A stretch of DNA of 64,000 nt from Klebsiella phage KP13-16. How positions within the stretch are numbered: the stretch's first letter is position 1; every line of letters begins with the position of its first letter. A model generated the notes under the pieces. That model was not told the origin of the DNA. It ran no database searches and saw only the letters and a list, made by a program, of their open reading frames with translations. This document shows, in pieces, positions 53,574 to 63,804 of this stretch. The stretch lies in the sequence record OP617741.1; one strand, given 5' to 3'. Position numbers and translations under genes: made by a program.

Positions 53574-55871
53574 TTAAATCGCACAAGAATCACAATGTTC
53601 AGGTTCTTGAGGTTTAGTCTCTTCTGAAGGTTTGCTTACCTCTTGTTTTTCTTCTTGGATATTCCCGTCCTCAGTTTCATGATAATAGAGTGTCTTAATA
53701 CCATGAGCTTTAGCAAAAACAATATCCTTAATAATCACAGCAAGTGGAAGTTTACTATCTTTAAAAGTATGTGGTTTGTAAGGAGTATTTGTTGAGATTG
53801 ATTGGTCAACAAATTTTTGCATAATTGCTGCTAGTTCAAGATATGATCTACAGCTATGCATATCCCATTTGTACTCATACACATCTTTCAGTTTAGAGAC
53901 TTCTGGAACAAGCTGTTTAACCGTCCCACTCTTACTGGATTTAAACGACAGTGCAGATCTTGGTGGTTCGATACCATTTGTTGCATTGCTTACTTGTGAG
54001 CTTGATTCTGATGGCATTAATGCACTAAGTGTACAGTTCCTTAAACCATGAACCTTAATCTCCTCTCGTAATGCATCCCAATCTAACTGTAATTCAGCAT
54101 CATGTAAGTTGTCAACCTTTTTCACATAACGATCTACAGGCATCACACCATCAAAGTAAGTTGTCTTATCAAATTCTTTAGCTGCACCACGCTCTTTAGC
54201 TAGTTCCAATGACGCAGTAAGTAATGCATATTGAATCTTTTCAAATAATTCATGGGTTACTGTTTTAGCTTTTCTGTCAGAGTAACGCAAACCTTTTTTA
54301 GCTAAGAAGTATGCGTAGTTGATAACACCAACGCCAAGATTTCGCCAGTCTTTTCCTTTTTCAGCAGCTTTAACAGGATAATTCTGGTAGTCTAGGAGGT
54401 TATCCAATGCTCTGACAATAATCTTAGCCAAGCGAAGAATTTCTTCATATTTATCTACTTCACCAAGGTTAAATGCTGCTAATGTACATGTTGAAACTAA
54501 TCCATCACCTTCATAAATATTATTCATTGGTGAGGTAGGCAATGTGATTTCTACACACAAATTAGACTGTTTAATCGGAGCTTTATATTTATTGAAAGGA
54601 CCAGTGTCATTAACTGTGTCAACATTCATAATATAAATTCTTCCTGTTTGAGATCGTTCCAGTAAGAGATTTTTCCAAGCTTCAAATGCTGGCATGGTTT
54701 TCTTCTTCACATTAGGATCATTTTCAAGTTGAACATAAAGTTGTTCAAATTTATCCTGATCTTCAAAGAACAGTTTGTAAAGTTCACCATTTGCCACATT
54801 AGGATGGAAGAAACTGATATTACCATTTTCTTGTAAGCGTTTATACATTAAACGGTTTACTTGAACAGTATAATCTACATGTCTTGCACGTGTCTCCTCT
54901 GTACCTCTGTTATTTTTAAGTACTACCAGACTTTCATAATCCCAGTGCCACATTGGATAGAAATAGTTGGCACTACCTTTACGCAGACCTCCCTGACTAA
55001 CCCAACCAAGTGATTCTTGGAACATCCTGATGATAGGTACCAATCCAGAGTGTACAGTGCTGCCACCTCGTACAGGAGCACCATCCCCACGAATCATTCC
55101 TACATTAAGACCAATACCTGCACGTTGTGCTGAGTAGAAACCTTGCGCAGTGTTAGCATTGAAGATTTGGTCAATTGTATCACCAGCTTCAATAAGAACA
55201 CAACTACTAAACTGTCTTGTTGGTGTACGAACACCTGCGATAATTGGTGTTGGCAATGAAATAAGATTCTGAGAGGTCGCTTGGTAGAAATCTACAATAT
55301 GTTTTAAACGTTCCTCTTTAGAACAGGTCTCTTTAGAGTGGAGACACATACCTACTAACATAAAAGCCATCTGAGGTGTCTCAAAGACTGTACCTGTGAT
55401 CTTATCTTGAACCAAATATTTATCTTGGAAAGCACGAGAAGCAGCATATGCATACTCAAAATCTTGTTCATGATTAATTTTTGAATCTAGATAATTAAAC
55501 TCTTCCTCTGTAAAATCTAAGATAATTTCTTGATCATATTTACCAAGATTAATCATTTCAGTTACATGGTCAAAAAGACTTGGTGGTGTAAATGTTCCAT
55601 AAGCTTCTTTTCGTAATTTAAACATTAAAAGTCGTGCAGCTACATACTGATAATCAGGTTGTTCTACAGAGATCAGGTCTGCTGCACTTTTAATAATTGT
55701 TTCATGAATATTTTTGGTGGAGATACCATCGTAAATAGATAATTTGGCATTCATTGCGATGTCAGAGGCACATACATCTAAATCTTCACATGCCCACTCA
55801 ATTACTTGATTTATCTTTTCAGCAGAGAAAAGTTCTGTACTTCCATTTGATTTTACTACAGAGTTAATCAA
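53574..55871 (-). CDS. nrdA: ribonucleotide reductase large subunit (class Ia alpha)
   Basis: 765 aa, ATP-cone N-terminus, NrdA-like catalytic Cys blocks. Confidence 0.95.
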   Translation of the reverse strand: MINSVVKSNGSTELFSAEKINQVIEWACEDLDVCASDIAMNAKLSIYDGISTKNIHETIIKSAADLISVEQPDYQYVAARLLMFKLRKEAYGTFTPPSLFDHVTEMINLGKYDQEIILDFTEEEFNYLDSKINHEQDFEYAYAASRAFQDKYLVQDKITGTVFETPQMAFMLVGMCLHSKETCSKEERLKHIVDFYQATSQNLISLPTPIIAGVRTPTRQFSSCVLIEAGDTIDQIFNANTAQGFYSAQRAGIGLNVGMIRGDGAPVRGGSTVHSGLVPIIRMFQESLGWVSQGGLRKGSANYFYPMWHWDYESLVVLKNNRGTEETRARHVDYTVQVNRLMYKRLQENGNISFFHPNVANGELYKLFFEDQDKFEQLYVQLENDPNVKKKTMPAFEAWKNLLLERSQTGRIYIMNVDTVNDTGPFNKYKAPIKQSNLCVEITLPTSPMNNIYEGDGLVSTCTLAAFNLGEVDKYEEILRLAKIIVRALDNLLDYQNYPVKAAEKGKDWRNLGVGVINYAYFLAKKGLRYSDRKAKTVTHELFEKIQYALLTASLELAKERGAAKEFDKTTYFDGVMPVDRYVKKVDNLHDAELQLDWDALREEIKVHGLRNCTLSALMPSESSSQVSNATNGIEPPRSALSFKSSKSGTVKQLVPEVSKLKDVYEYKWDMHSCRSYLELAAIMQKFVDQSISTNTPYKPHTFKDSKLPLAVIIKDIVFAKAHGIKTLYYHETEDGNIQEEKQEVSKPSEETKPQEPEHCDSCAI

Positions 55872-55894
55872 CGTGTTCTCCTTTATTATTTTTA

Positions 55895-56173
55895 TTAATT
55901 TTCGAAACCTTCTCCAGAGGATGTCATATGAAGAACATCAACATCAAAACCATTATATTGAGAGTTACTAACTGAATTAAACCACAACCAACCAGCTAAA
56001 TGATATTCATCTTCAAACCCACGTTCACGTGCTTTTTCTCTTGCTAACTTTCTTTTAGGTGAGTTGTATGATTCAGAATCGATCTCAGTAATAATTTCAT
56101 CTGGAGAGGTTATTTTACCACAAGTTTTATTTTCTTTCAAAACCATAAAGTCTCCAGATTTACTCAATATCAT
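55895..56173 (-). CDS. hypothetical protein
   Basis: 92 aa. Confidence 0.45.
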   Translation of the reverse strand: MILSKSGDFMVLKENKTCGKITSPDEIITEIDSESYNSPKRKLAREKARERGFEDEYHLAGWLWFNSVSNSQYNGFDVDVLHMTSSGEGFEN

Positions 56174-56630
56174 TCTTATAAGAGTTTGAATTACTTAAAA
56201 TTTCATCCAAGAATTGTTCACGTGTACGTTTTTTCTTAGATTTATTTTTTGTTGTTTGGTAATATTCAAGACCAAATTCTGACAATTTAATTTTTTTAGT
56301 ATTTTGACCTAGATCATAGTTTAGAAGGGGAATGTTTTTAAAACTATGTTCTAGTTTATGACCACGTTTAACAGGGAATGTAAAAATACTTGTTTCAATG
56401 CCGAGAGTATTATCAGCAGAAGATCGTACAGTTACGAATCTTTGCTCTTTATATTTAAACTCACTATCAATATCATAGCCAAGTGTATAAAGACAAGCTG
56501 AAATAAGGTTCTGTCGCTTAACTGTAGGATTACCATTGTGGTCTACATATGCTTTCCAAGTTTCAGTGTTTTTAATAGTTTCTTCAGTAACTGCACCCCA
56601 GGTTGTTTCTTTAAAATCTTTTCGACTCAT
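56160..56630 (-). CDS. hypothetical protein
   Basis: 156 aa. Confidence 0.5.
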   Translation of the reverse strand: MSRKDFKETTWGAVTEETIKNTETWKAYVDHNGNPTVKRQNLISACLYTLGYDIDSEFKYKEQRFVTVRSSADNTLGIETSIFTFPVKRGHKLEHSFKNIPLLNYDLGQNTKKIKLSEFGLEYYQTTKNKSKKKRTREQFLDEILSNSNSYKNDIE

Positions 56631-56701
56631 TTTCTCTCCTTTATAGGGACTTCTTCAGTCCCTGATATTATTATAACTCACTACCTAAAGTCAACACTTA
56701 T

Positions 56702-57691
56702 TTACCATTTAGTATGATTATCTAGTAATTGACGATGTTGAATCCACCCTTTAAAATTACCAGACCATAAATTTTTCTGCCTATCCATGTGGGTAATTCC
56801 TTTCTCCCATGTGTCAGGATCAGTGGGCTTGTTAATATGTCCTATAGTTAGATAATCTGAATTTTCAATTTCCTTGTAAGGTTGCATAGGAGTAGATTGG
56901 TGCTCAAACGGAGAAGCATGAACTTTATCTCCACTAAGAAGACGAGAATAGATATCTAATGCTTTATCCTTAGTTGAGATAAGACGTCGATAACTTACTT
57001 GAGCACAACATGAGGCTGAGATAGACAGTGCCTCTTCTTCAGTTAAAATAACAGGTTTATTATTTTCGTCTAGAATACAATATTCAAAATTATCTTCACT
57101 TGCATATTCTGTAATAGTCACAAGGTGATCAACATATGGCGTATGCCATTGACCCGGACTTAATGGCTCTGGGTCTGATTCTGTGTATACTTGGTACATA
57201 GCTTTACCAAGCGCTTCTATTGTTGGATCAGCATCTTTATCTAAACGTAACCACCAAAAGTTCTCATACTCTGTTGCTGTTAGTACCGTTTTCATGCGCT
57301 GGAAAGGCTCTAGCAGACGATTAGCGATCTGTTTATGATAACCAGCCTCTGCAAAAGCATCTGCCCAAAATGCTGCATCCTCAGCAGCAATGGCCCATGC
57401 TTTACGTGGAGAAAAATGATTGAGTACGAGTGCTGTATGTTCTTCGCCTTTATCTTGCATACCTGGTTGATTAGCACCAAATCTAACAGGCATTGCTGGT
57501 TCATTCCTTACCATCTCAATTAGTGTTTTCACTGGGATGGCTCGACTTGATGCTGCATTACGACTGAATAGACGATGGGTCATTAATTCACTATGGATGA
57601 TACGAGGATATTCCAGTTCGAAGGTTGTGATTCGCTGACCATCTTTTGAGATACTATCTGCAATAATCTTAGCACTTACTTGATCTAACAT
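56702..57691 (-). CDS. thyX: FAD-dependent thymidylate synthase
   Basis: ThyX signature THRLFSRNAASSRAIP (RHR..S...S.R). Confidence 0.85.
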   Translation of the reverse strand: MLDQVSAKIIADSISKDGQRITTFELEYPRIIHSELMTHRLFSRNAASSRAIPVKTLIEMVRNEPAMPVRFGANQPGMQDKGEEHTALVLNHFSPRKAWAIAAEDAAFWADAFAEAGYHKQIANRLLEPFQRMKTVLTATEYENFWWLRLDKDADPTIEALGKAMYQVYTESDPEPLSPGQWHTPYVDHLVTITEYASEDNFEYCILDENNKPVILTEEEALSISASCCAQVSYRRLISTKDKALDIYSRLLSGDKVHASPFEHQSTPMQPYKEIENSDYLTIGHINKPTDPDTWEKGITHMDRQKNLWSGNFKGWIQHRQLLDNHTKW

Positions 57692-58015
57692 TTACTCTCC
57701 TTGAAATTTAACCAGCATTGTCTCAATTACATCTTGATTATCTGTGAAGTATTTATTGATAAATTCTTCAGATCTTAAAGCCGCTGCATCCACTTTATCT
57801 TTATATTTTAAATTAAAAGCAATAATTTCATCTACATCTTGTTCAGTAAAACCCTCTCCATACATACTTTTAATCATACCAACAATTAACTCTTCAGGAT
57901 TTGGAAGTATATCAGCAACGCAAGTTACTCCAATCTCTCCAAATATTGCAGATAAAATTTTATTTACAATGCCTTCACAAATTGGTTTAAATGCTTCTAT
58001 TTGATCGTCTCTCAT
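57692..58015 (-). CDS. hypothetical protein
   Basis: 107 aa. Confidence 0.5.
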   Translation of the reverse strand: MRDDQIEAFKPICEGIVNKILSAIFGEIGVTCVADILPNPEELIVGMIKSMYGEGFTEQDVDEIIAFNLKYKDKVDAAALRSEEFINKYFTDNQDVIETMLVKFQGE

Positions 58016-58602
58016 TTAGTCTCCTCGTTAATTTTATTTACATATTTAACTATTTCACTCCAGTTAGAGGTTTGTAAGTCATAAACCTTTGGAGTTTCAT
58101 CTTGTGTATATCTTGTTTCAAATAAAACAGTTTTAACATCGTAGAACTGATTTAAAAATTTATTTCTATCATCAATCATGATGTTAAGTGCTGGACTTAA
58201 TACACCTTTCTCCTTAGTAGCAATAAATCCATCTTTAGATCCTGATTCAAATTCTAAGAATGGCAATTTACTTAACAATCTAAATTTAGAACTAAAATGC
58301 CCTGATCTTGTATGACTGATAAAGAGTAAATTATGACCAGACTCTTTTAATGCCTTAAGTGCATTATAGCAACCAGGGAGAAGTTCCATTTCATCATAAA
58401 GATGAGGGTTATCCCAGAAATCCATATGTTTTAATCCATTCTTAGATTCTTTAAAATATTTACCTAAGTTATAATCTGCATTCTCTTTAGGAATTTCAGA
58501 TATTTGTTCAAAATGTCTTTTTAACCATGCCTCCCAGTATACATCAGAAGGAACTATTGTCAAATCTATATCTACACCTATTGTTAACATTGTTTCCTCC
58601 AA
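58012..58602 (-). CDS. HAD-family 5'(3')-deoxyribonucleotidase
   Basis: N-terminal IGVDIDLT (DxDxT) and NT5C-like layout. Confidence 0.6.
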   Translation of the reverse strand: MEETMLTIGVDIDLTIVPSDVYWEAWLKRHFEQISEIPKENADYNLGKYFKESKNGLKHMDFWDNPHLYDEMELLPGCYNALKALKESGHNLLFISHTRSGHFSSKFRLLSKLPFLEFESGSKDGFIATKEKGVLSPALNIMIDDRNKFLNQFYDVKTVLFETRYTQDETPKVYDLQTSNWSEIVKYVNKINEETK

Positions 58603-58750
58603 CTAAACTGTGATGGTAACAGGTTAAACTTAAAGAATACTAACCTATTAAACATCTTAGGGCAAGTTTTTTCTTTTATTTTAATTTGCCCTAGAAGAGA
58701 GGAAGTACCTTTAGAATAAATATTAATCAGATCTCCCTCTGAGAAACACA

Positions 58751-59128
58751 TTAACCTTGCTCCAGAATCAGACCTTGTAACATATTTTTAGCTTTATCAT
58801 ATTCGCCAAAATACATATCTTTTAATACCATCTGATAAGTGATAACATCTGTATACTTTTCAATCATACTGACAACAAAATCTTCATCAATAGAAACAGC
58901 AAAATACTGCAATCCAATACCTTTGTTAGTTAACTCTTCCTCAATTTGAACACATGTTAGGGCTTTTTGCAAGTCTTGTTTATGTGTACCTTTCTTCCTA
59001 ACTAAATATTTAGCAACTTTTGTAAAACATGGCGTTCCATTGACCAAGTAAGCTAGTTCAAGAGGTTGCATTCCGAGTTCTGTATAGTGAGTACCGCCCA
59101 CTTGAAAATTTAATGCTGATTTGCTCAT
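58751..59128 (-). CDS. DUF3310-like protein
   Basis: GGTHY...QP.E......PC pattern. Confidence 0.45.
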   Translation of the reverse strand: MSKSALNFQVGGTHYTELGMQPLELAYLVNGTPCFTKVAKYLVRKKGTHKQDLQKALTCVQIEEELTNKGIGLQYFAVSIDEDFVVSMIEKYTDVITYQMVLKDMYFGEYDKAKNMLQGLILEQG

Positions 59129-59143
59129 TATTTCTCCCTATAA

Positions 59144-59157
59144 GGGGCTTTCGCCCC
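59144..59157 (-). other. GNRA-type hairpin GGGGC gaaa GCCCC upstream of RBS
   Basis: Seen directly; same type at 7918-7933. Confidence 0.4.
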
Positions 59158-59164
59158 ACTTAAG

Positions 59165-60103
59165 TTAGATGATATTAGATAAGATACTTTGACGCTTTTC
59201 TTTACTCAGAAGATTAGTACGACCACGGCGTTGCTGCCCAGTCTTCTTATTACGGTAACGCTGATATTTACCTAGCTGAGTATAATGATAACCATTCTTC
59301 TCCCAATCAGACATATCAAGAGGGTCATCGATATACAAATCAAAGTTAGGGAGTTTATTATCCCAAGGCATAAAGACTTCATAAAGTTCCTGATTTGAGA
59401 GAACATCAAAAATATTATATTCTTTCATTTCAATCCATGCCTCTGGATTTTTATTAAGACATGCTTGCCACAATTCATGCCCTGGGAACTTCTTATGTTT
59501 ACTTTTCTTATATTTTGTACAGAGTTTACTGGTCAGATATTCTAATTTATTAGAAGTAAAGCCAAAAATACGTTTTGCAATGTCTAAAGTGTCGATCATT
59601 CGATAAGTACTTGGTGGCTGAAAACCATTGAGAATAAACCTAGCATTGATTTTCTTAAGATCAAATTTCTTAATATTATGACCTATAACAAAATCTGCCT
59701 CATCAAGAAGTTCCCAAAGCTCTGAAAGAAGCCCTCGATCATTTTCAATATTATCTTCTCTGCTTTGGTCAAAGTAAATGATTTCATCTTTATCTGCCCA
59801 TTTTGCTGTGAAGGACAGGATATACCAATCACTAACCACCTGATTCAAACCAATACCATTCTGCCAAAGACTCCAAAGATGCCCAAGAATCGGTGCTGTT
59901 TCAATATCAATAAAGAGAACTTTAGATTTACAGTAATCAGAAGAACCTTCTGTAACTGGTGCATTCCGATTAATAAAATCATTTACAGTACTTTTTGCCG
60001 ATTCACGACCGATAACGAGTTTAGCTACTTGACGACTACTATGACCATTCTCAATTAATTCAATAATACTCTGTTTCTGTTCTTCTGTTAAGCGATTACT
60101 CAT
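59165..60103 (-). CDS. DEDDh 3'-5' exonuclease with N-terminal HTH
   Basis: FIDIETAP (Exo I), GHNIKKFD (Exo II). Confidence 0.7.
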   Translation of the reverse strand: MSNRLTEEQKQSIIELIENGHSSRQVAKLVIGRESAKSTVNDFINRNAPVTEGSSDYCKSKVLFIDIETAPILGHLWSLWQNGIGLNQVVSDWYILSFTAKWADKDEIIYFDQSREDNIENDRGLLSELWELLDEADFVIGHNIKKFDLKKINARFILNGFQPPSTYRMIDTLDIAKRIFGFTSNKLEYLTSKLCTKYKKSKHKKFPGHELWQACLNKNPEAWIEMKEYNIFDVLSNQELYEVFMPWDNKLPNFDLYIDDPLDMSDWEKNGYHYTQLGKYQRYRNKKTGQQRRGRTNLLSKEKRQSILSNII

Positions 60104-60303
60104 TTACTCTCCTCTTGGATGAATGTTAGGATATCTTTTACTGCAAAGTCTCTGAAGTCTTGTTTTTGTAAATCATATGCTCTGATAAGCCACTGTTTAC
60201 CTTTATGGTACTGTGTTTCACCGAACCAGAATTTAGGATCTTGTACAGTTCTTAAACTTTTCTCTCCTTTCCAATTAATATAATAGAACTTAAGTTTTTC
60301 CAT
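60100..60303 (-). CDS. hypothetical protein
   Basis: 67 aa. Confidence 0.45.
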   Translation of the reverse strand: MEKLKFYYINWKGEKSLRTVQDPKFWFGETQYHKGKQWLIRAYDLQKQDFRDFAVKDILTFIQEESK

Positions 60304-60874
60304 TCATTTCCTCATAAGCTTTTACAAATTCCACAAGATAAGCATAGATCATTTCTTCTTTACTCATTATATTTTCATCCAATATTAATTGGAATGAGTC
60401 TTTAGCTTTAATAGCTATAGTTGCTTTAGTGCATCTATTAAGATATTTTCTCTGATCTTCTACAAATCTGTGATGTAACATATTTTCAAAATGTTCAGCC
60501 CTTTCTAAATAATCTGCAAGATTCCTCATCACTTCTGAGAAAGAAAGATCAGTATGATTTGCTAAATATTTTTCATATACTCTGTTGAATCTTCCTTCTG
60601 CAAGATTACCTAGACTAGAGATAACCCCTCTCACTTCACCTGTTGCATGGTCATGATCCAGAGTCCAAATTCTAGGTTTTATTTTAAGGATAGGACATAG
60701 ACCAGATTCAGGTTTATGTTCTTCCCTCCATTTACGAACTTCTTCTGTATTTCTTAACCAAAAAGAAGGATTGAGTTCTACTGCTATTTTCTTTGTTTTA
60801 GATTTTGTAGAACTCTTCCTTTTAAATGTTTTCCTTGCTATACAACCTCCTTTAAGAAAGTTCTTGCTAACCAA
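60290..60874 (-). CDS. recombination endonuclease VII-like (HNH superfamily) protein
   Basis: LDHDHATGEVRGVISSLGNLAEG matches Endo VII HxDHxxxxGxxRGxLxxxCNxxEG. Confidence 0.6.
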   Translation of the reverse strand: MVSKNFLKGGCIARKTFKRKSSTKSKTKKIAVELNPSFWLRNTEEVRKWREEHKPESGLCPILKIKPRIWTLDHDHATGEVRGVISSLGNLAEGRFNRVYEKYLANHTDLSFSEVMRNLADYLERAEHFENMLHHRFVEDQRKYLNRCTKATIAIKAKDSFQLILDENIMSKEEMIYAYLVEFVKAYEEMNGKT

Positions 60875-61470
60875 TATGCATCTGGAAGGTCTTTAATACC
60901 TGTTTGAATTTTAACTGAACTTGCTGAATATCCATCAACAATCCACTTGTCATCTGTATTATTAAGAGCCTTAAGCATATCTGGTTTATCCATTTTCTTC
61001 AATTTAGGTTTTTTGTTCTTAGCTATTACAACATTACCTGACTTATCTTTCTCGTATTGATCATCTTCACTTAGGTGATCTCTCGCAAGTTTTTTAGCAG
61101 ATGTAGGCGTCACGGTATGTATATCTTTAATGTTAACAAGACCTTCCATTACTAGTGAAGTTGTAATGAAATAAAATAGCCCGCCAAGATCAAAAACTCT
61201 ATTACCGATAGAACCGAAGGATAAGCCCTCAAATACCAACTGACAAGGGGAATATTTAGATACCACTGGCTTGAATTCTGAGTAGAGGTATTGGAGTTGT
61301 TCTTGGGTTGAATTATAATACTTCCCGAACTGTTTTTTGGAATTAGATTCATTATTATCTCCTGTGTGCAAAACTCCTCTGTCTATTACTTGCTGATTAT
61401 TGTCAAAAATAACATAAGCAAAGTTGGAGTATGATTGGTCGATGCCTATTGTGTATATGCTACCTCCTAT
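60838..61470 (-). CDS. RuvC-like Holliday junction resolvase (no canonical start codon upstream of RuvC motif)
   Basis: In-frame upstream extension IYTIGIDQSYSNFAYVIFD is the RuvC beta1-beta2 motif; frame opens at 61470 right after the upstream stop with no ATG/GTG/TTG before 61371. Confidence 0.5.
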   Translation of the reverse strand: MGGSIYTIGIDQSYSNFAYVIFDNNQQVIDRGVLHTGDNNESNSKKQFGKYYNSTQEQLQYLYSEFKPVVSKYSPCQLVFEGLSFGSIGNRVFDLGGLFYFITTSLVMEGLVNIKDIHTVTPTSAKKLARDHLSEDDQYEKDKSGNVVIAKNKKPKLKKMDKPDMLKALNNTDDKWIVDGYSASSVKIQTGIKDLPDAYWLARTFLKEVV

Positions 61471-62504
61471 TTAAGAACTCCGTAGTGTTGAAGAAGTTTT
61501 GTGAAAGTTGTTGGATCATCTTTAATCCTGTGCATGTAGACAAGTTTAAACATCATATTAGCCCACTCTAAAGAGTTAAGTTTCATATGTTGACCATTCC
61601 ATGCATCATACTCTACACCATCAGGAAACCATTCTACGAATCTATTAAGAACTCTTGTAAATAGATCTTTAGCAGATTTTGCATCATGAAAATCGTGATA
61701 ACAAGATGTATCACCATAAACTATTCCAAAATCTTGATATGGCCTCACATGGTCAGATTCATCACCTTTACACATTTGAACTGCTAGCCATTTTGCACCA
61801 TAACCCTTAACTTCTCCTTTTTGCAGCCAGATTTCACCGAGTCCATCATCAATGAGAATTGGATCTGGATCTCTAAACTTCCCTTTTTGAGCAAAAATGT
61901 CAAAGTATAAGCAAGGTGTTCCACGTTGGTCTTTATCCATGGTGCCTACAAGGTAGGAAAATTTCCCCGTCTTTTTATAATCAAGCCAACCTCTGTAGCC
62001 ATAACGAGTTAACATATCATCGGCCTCAATACCAGTTACAATCTTACCTTCGTGGTATTCTACCAAATAATCTTTAGCTTCTGTTAACAGTAATGGTCTA
62101 AGAGCAGTATCTCGATTAGATTTATATTTTTGTGGGAGGGGTAACTCATGGCGGAATGTTTCACCTTTTCCGATTACTCCAAAATAATCTTCAATACCTA
62201 AATGCTTACAATAGTTTTCTATTCTACGTTTACATTCATAAAGGGTATGGGAGACTTCTGAGGCAATTTGAACATCTTCAATGTCAAATTCATCTTTGGA
62301 GAAAGGTCTTTGTCCTTTTGCTTCTCGCATAGTGTTTTGATCACCAAGCCAACTACCTTCCAATGAGTTTTTCTTTTTACCATAGAACTCAGTTCTATTT
62401 TTAAATGTCATACTACGACCAGATGCTTTATGAATAGCTTTGATTTCACGTTTTTCAAGAGCCGCAGCAGATTGAAATGCTGCCTGATCGTAGTCTATTA
62501 CCAA
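61467..62504 (-). CDS. 5'-3' exonuclease / flap endonuclease (T4 RNase H / T5 D15-like)
   Basis: GIEADDML acidic motif and H3TH-like GVKGYGAKWLA. Confidence 0.65.
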   Translation of the reverse strand: MVIDYDQAAFQSAAALEKREIKAIHKASGRSMTFKNRTEFYGKKKNSLEGSWLGDQNTMREAKGQRPFSKDEFDIEDVQIASEVSHTLYECKRRIENYCKHLGIEDYFGVIGKGETFRHELPLPQKYKSNRDTALRPLLLTEAKDYLVEYHEGKIVTGIEADDMLTRYGYRGWLDYKKTGKFSYLVGTMDKDQRGTPCLYFDIFAQKGKFRDPDPILIDDGLGEIWLQKGEVKGYGAKWLAVQMCKGDESDHVRPYQDFGIVYGDTSCYHDFHDAKSAKDLFTRVLNRFVEWFPDGVEYDAWNGQHMKLNSLEWANMMFKLVYMHRIKDDPTTFTKLLQHYGVLK

Positions 62505-62578
62505 TTTAGTATTTTCATCAATATACTTTGGTAAGTCTTCTATTTTTATTGTATTAAAACTAATAACACCTCCTAATT

Positions 62579-62806
62579 TTACTCATCTTCTACTGTAAAG
62601 GTTTTTGCATAAGGACATTTAGAATGTTCACCTACATAGATTACCTTAGTTACTTGTGAGTTTTCATAAACACACATCTTACCGTCTGAAGTGATTTGCT
62701 CATCTGGATCAGTTAGAGTGATTTGTGTTGCTCTTGAACTTTGAGAAAACAACAAAACAAGAGTAGCCACTAAAATGATAAAGATTGCCACAAATAGATT
62801 TTTCAT
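62579..62806 (-). CDS. small exported protein
   Basis: Signal-peptide-like N-terminus. Confidence 0.45.
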   Translation of the reverse strand: MKNLFVAIFIILVATLVLLFSQSSRATQITLTDPDEQITSDGKMCVYENSQVTKVIYVGEHSKCPYAKTFTVEDE

Positions 62807-62863
62807 ATTATCTCCTTTTTTGAACAGGCAAAGAGTATCACATCTCTGCCTGCCAAGTCAATA

Positions 62864-63799
62864 TTATTTTTTAAGCTCTTTAATCAATTCTAGTGTTGAA
62901 TCTTTAACCTCATTTGCTGCAAGCAAGAAAGTAGATTTGAAATCATTTCCAGATACAGTAAGATAGCTTTCAAACTTGAGATTAGAGAACACAAGGTCAT
63001 TAGAAACTACGAAAGATAATGTACCATCATAGTTTAGGCCAATCTTGCTTACAAAAGCATCTGATGATTGCTCCAGCACTTCTCCTGCAATCTCTGCACT
63101 ATATAAAGATTCTTTTTTGAATGTTACAATTCCAGAATCATTTTCAATCTCTGCAAAATCTTCCAGAGTAATTTTATCATTTAGTGGGACAGTAATAAAA
63201 TCAGAGAACTTCTTGCCAATGTCAACATTTTCTACACTAAGAGGAACAACAGGGAGTGACCCAATTACAGAACGGATAAGCCCATTAATTTGTTCTGCCT
63301 TCTTGAAAGAATTACTAAATACAAAAAACAGACCATTAGTTTTATCATGGAATGCAAATGTCTGGTATTCATCTACGAAGCATTTTGGCATAAGTTCTTT
63401 GATAGCTTCTTCTTTAAAGATTTCTTTGGTATCTTTATCAACCTTAACTTCTTCCTCGCCATTGTCTTTAGCTTGTTTAATAAAATCTTTAATTTTCTGG
63501 TTTACCAGTTTTTTAACTTCATTGCCAGGTACTTTACGCTTAGATGATCCAATAGATACTACCTGAAGACCGGAAAACTCTGACACAAACTCCTCTTCCC
63601 GAACAATTTCGCCATCGTCATTACACTCAAGCTCAACTGTAGGTAAAAAACCAATAGTAGACAGTTCATCTTCTTGCGCAATTTTATACTTGCGGTATTC
63701 AAAATTATCTGCTTTAAGAATTTCACTTAGATCAACTTCACCTTTAACTTCATATACCACAAAGCCTTTCATTGCTTTTACAATCTCTTTATTAGTCAT
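62864..63799 (-). CDS. rdgC: recombination-associated protein RdgC
   Basis: GSLPVVPLS block identical to E. coli RdgC, similar length. Confidence 0.8.
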   Translation of the reverse strand: MTNKEIVKAMKGFVVYEVKGEVDLSEILKADNFEYRKYKIAQEDELSTIGFLPTVELECNDDGEIVREEEFVSEFSGLQVVSIGSSKRKVPGNEVKKLVNQKIKDFIKQAKDNGEEEVKVDKDTKEIFKEEAIKELMPKCFVDEYQTFAFHDKTNGLFFVFSNSFKKAEQINGLIRSVIGSLPVVPLSVENVDIGKKFSDFITVPLNDKITLEDFAEIENDSGIVTFKKESLYSAEIAGEVLEQSSDAFVSKIGLNYDGTLSFVVSNDLVFSNLKFESYLTVSGNDFKSTFLLAANEVKDSTLELIKELKK

Positions 63800-63804
63800 T
63801 AAAA

